This document shows, in pieces, positions 63,650-64,000 of a DNA stretch of 64,000 nucleotides (its first letter is position 1; each line of letters starts with the position of its first letter). The translations under genes and the position numbers were made by a program. The DNA lies in NCBI RefSeq assembly GCF_009914755.1, contig NC_060928.1; one strand, 5' to 3'. Source of the stretch: the human T2T-CHM13v2.0 reference genome, Homo sapiens. The notes beneath the pieces are model-generated. The model was not told where the DNA came from. It searched no databases and was given only the letters and a program-made list of their open reading frames with translations.

Positions 63650-64000
63650 AACAAAATAGTTTTGATTCAAGTCTAATTTACACAGCAAAATGAACCATTC
63701 TTAAGCGTACAGGTGGATGAATTTTGAAAAATGCATATATCCCTGAAACACACATTTCAATGAACAGAGAATAGTCTGAAAACCCCATGTGCCTTTTTTG
63801 GAAAATACTCCTCACCCTCCAAACAGTGTTCTAACTTCTTTCATTATAAATTAGTTATTCTCCCAGAACTAATGTAAATGAAATTACACAGTATGTATTC
63901 TGTTTTATTGGGCTCTTTTTGCTCAGCAAAATGTCTTTAGTATTCATCCACGTTACTGTATTTATCAGTAATTGTCCCTTTCCATTGCTGACAAAAATGT
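63650..64000 (-). mobile_element. Ancient L1M 3' end
   Basis: ttttgattcaagtctaatttacacagcaaaatg...ttttgctcagcaaaatgtc...attcatccacgtt. Confidence 0.55.

Overview
This is primate (almost certainly human) genomic DNA from inside MAPK10 (JNK3), which runs on the minus strand. Two coding exons are readable even though the ORF track misses them: the start-codon exon (57812-57883, MSLHFLYYCSEPTLDVKIAFCQ) and the next exon (22788-22957, GFDKQVDV...[13 protein letters not shown]...GSGAQGIV). The rest is AT-rich intron packed with transposon relics: at least seven sizeable L1 copies, six Alus, MaLR/ERVL solo LTRs, MER44/MER63/MER5/MER20 DNA transposons, and L2/MIR. Nearly all long ORFs in the track are L1 ORF1/ORF2 fragments. 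The main oddities are: (1) a 70-bp mitochondrial COX1 fragment (NUMT) inserted into L1 ORF2 with microhomology at both ends; (2) a 220-bp identical tract, with four shared non-consensus bases, between two same-orientation L1s about 32 kb apart that flank a MAPK10 exon (likely ectopic gene conversion); (3) a nested L1PA3/4 with an open ORF0 and an antisense promoter pointing at the JNK3 Met39 exon, plus an in-frame loss of its RT domain; (4) an L1 whose first ~20 nt (YY1 site) are fused directly to the RT region inside TSDs; (5) three tandem splice donors on the JNK3 start exon that could switch between long and short JNK3. Repeat subfamily names and comparisons with consensus or reference sequences are from memory and were not run. 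No CRISPR, tRNA or rRNA features were seen.
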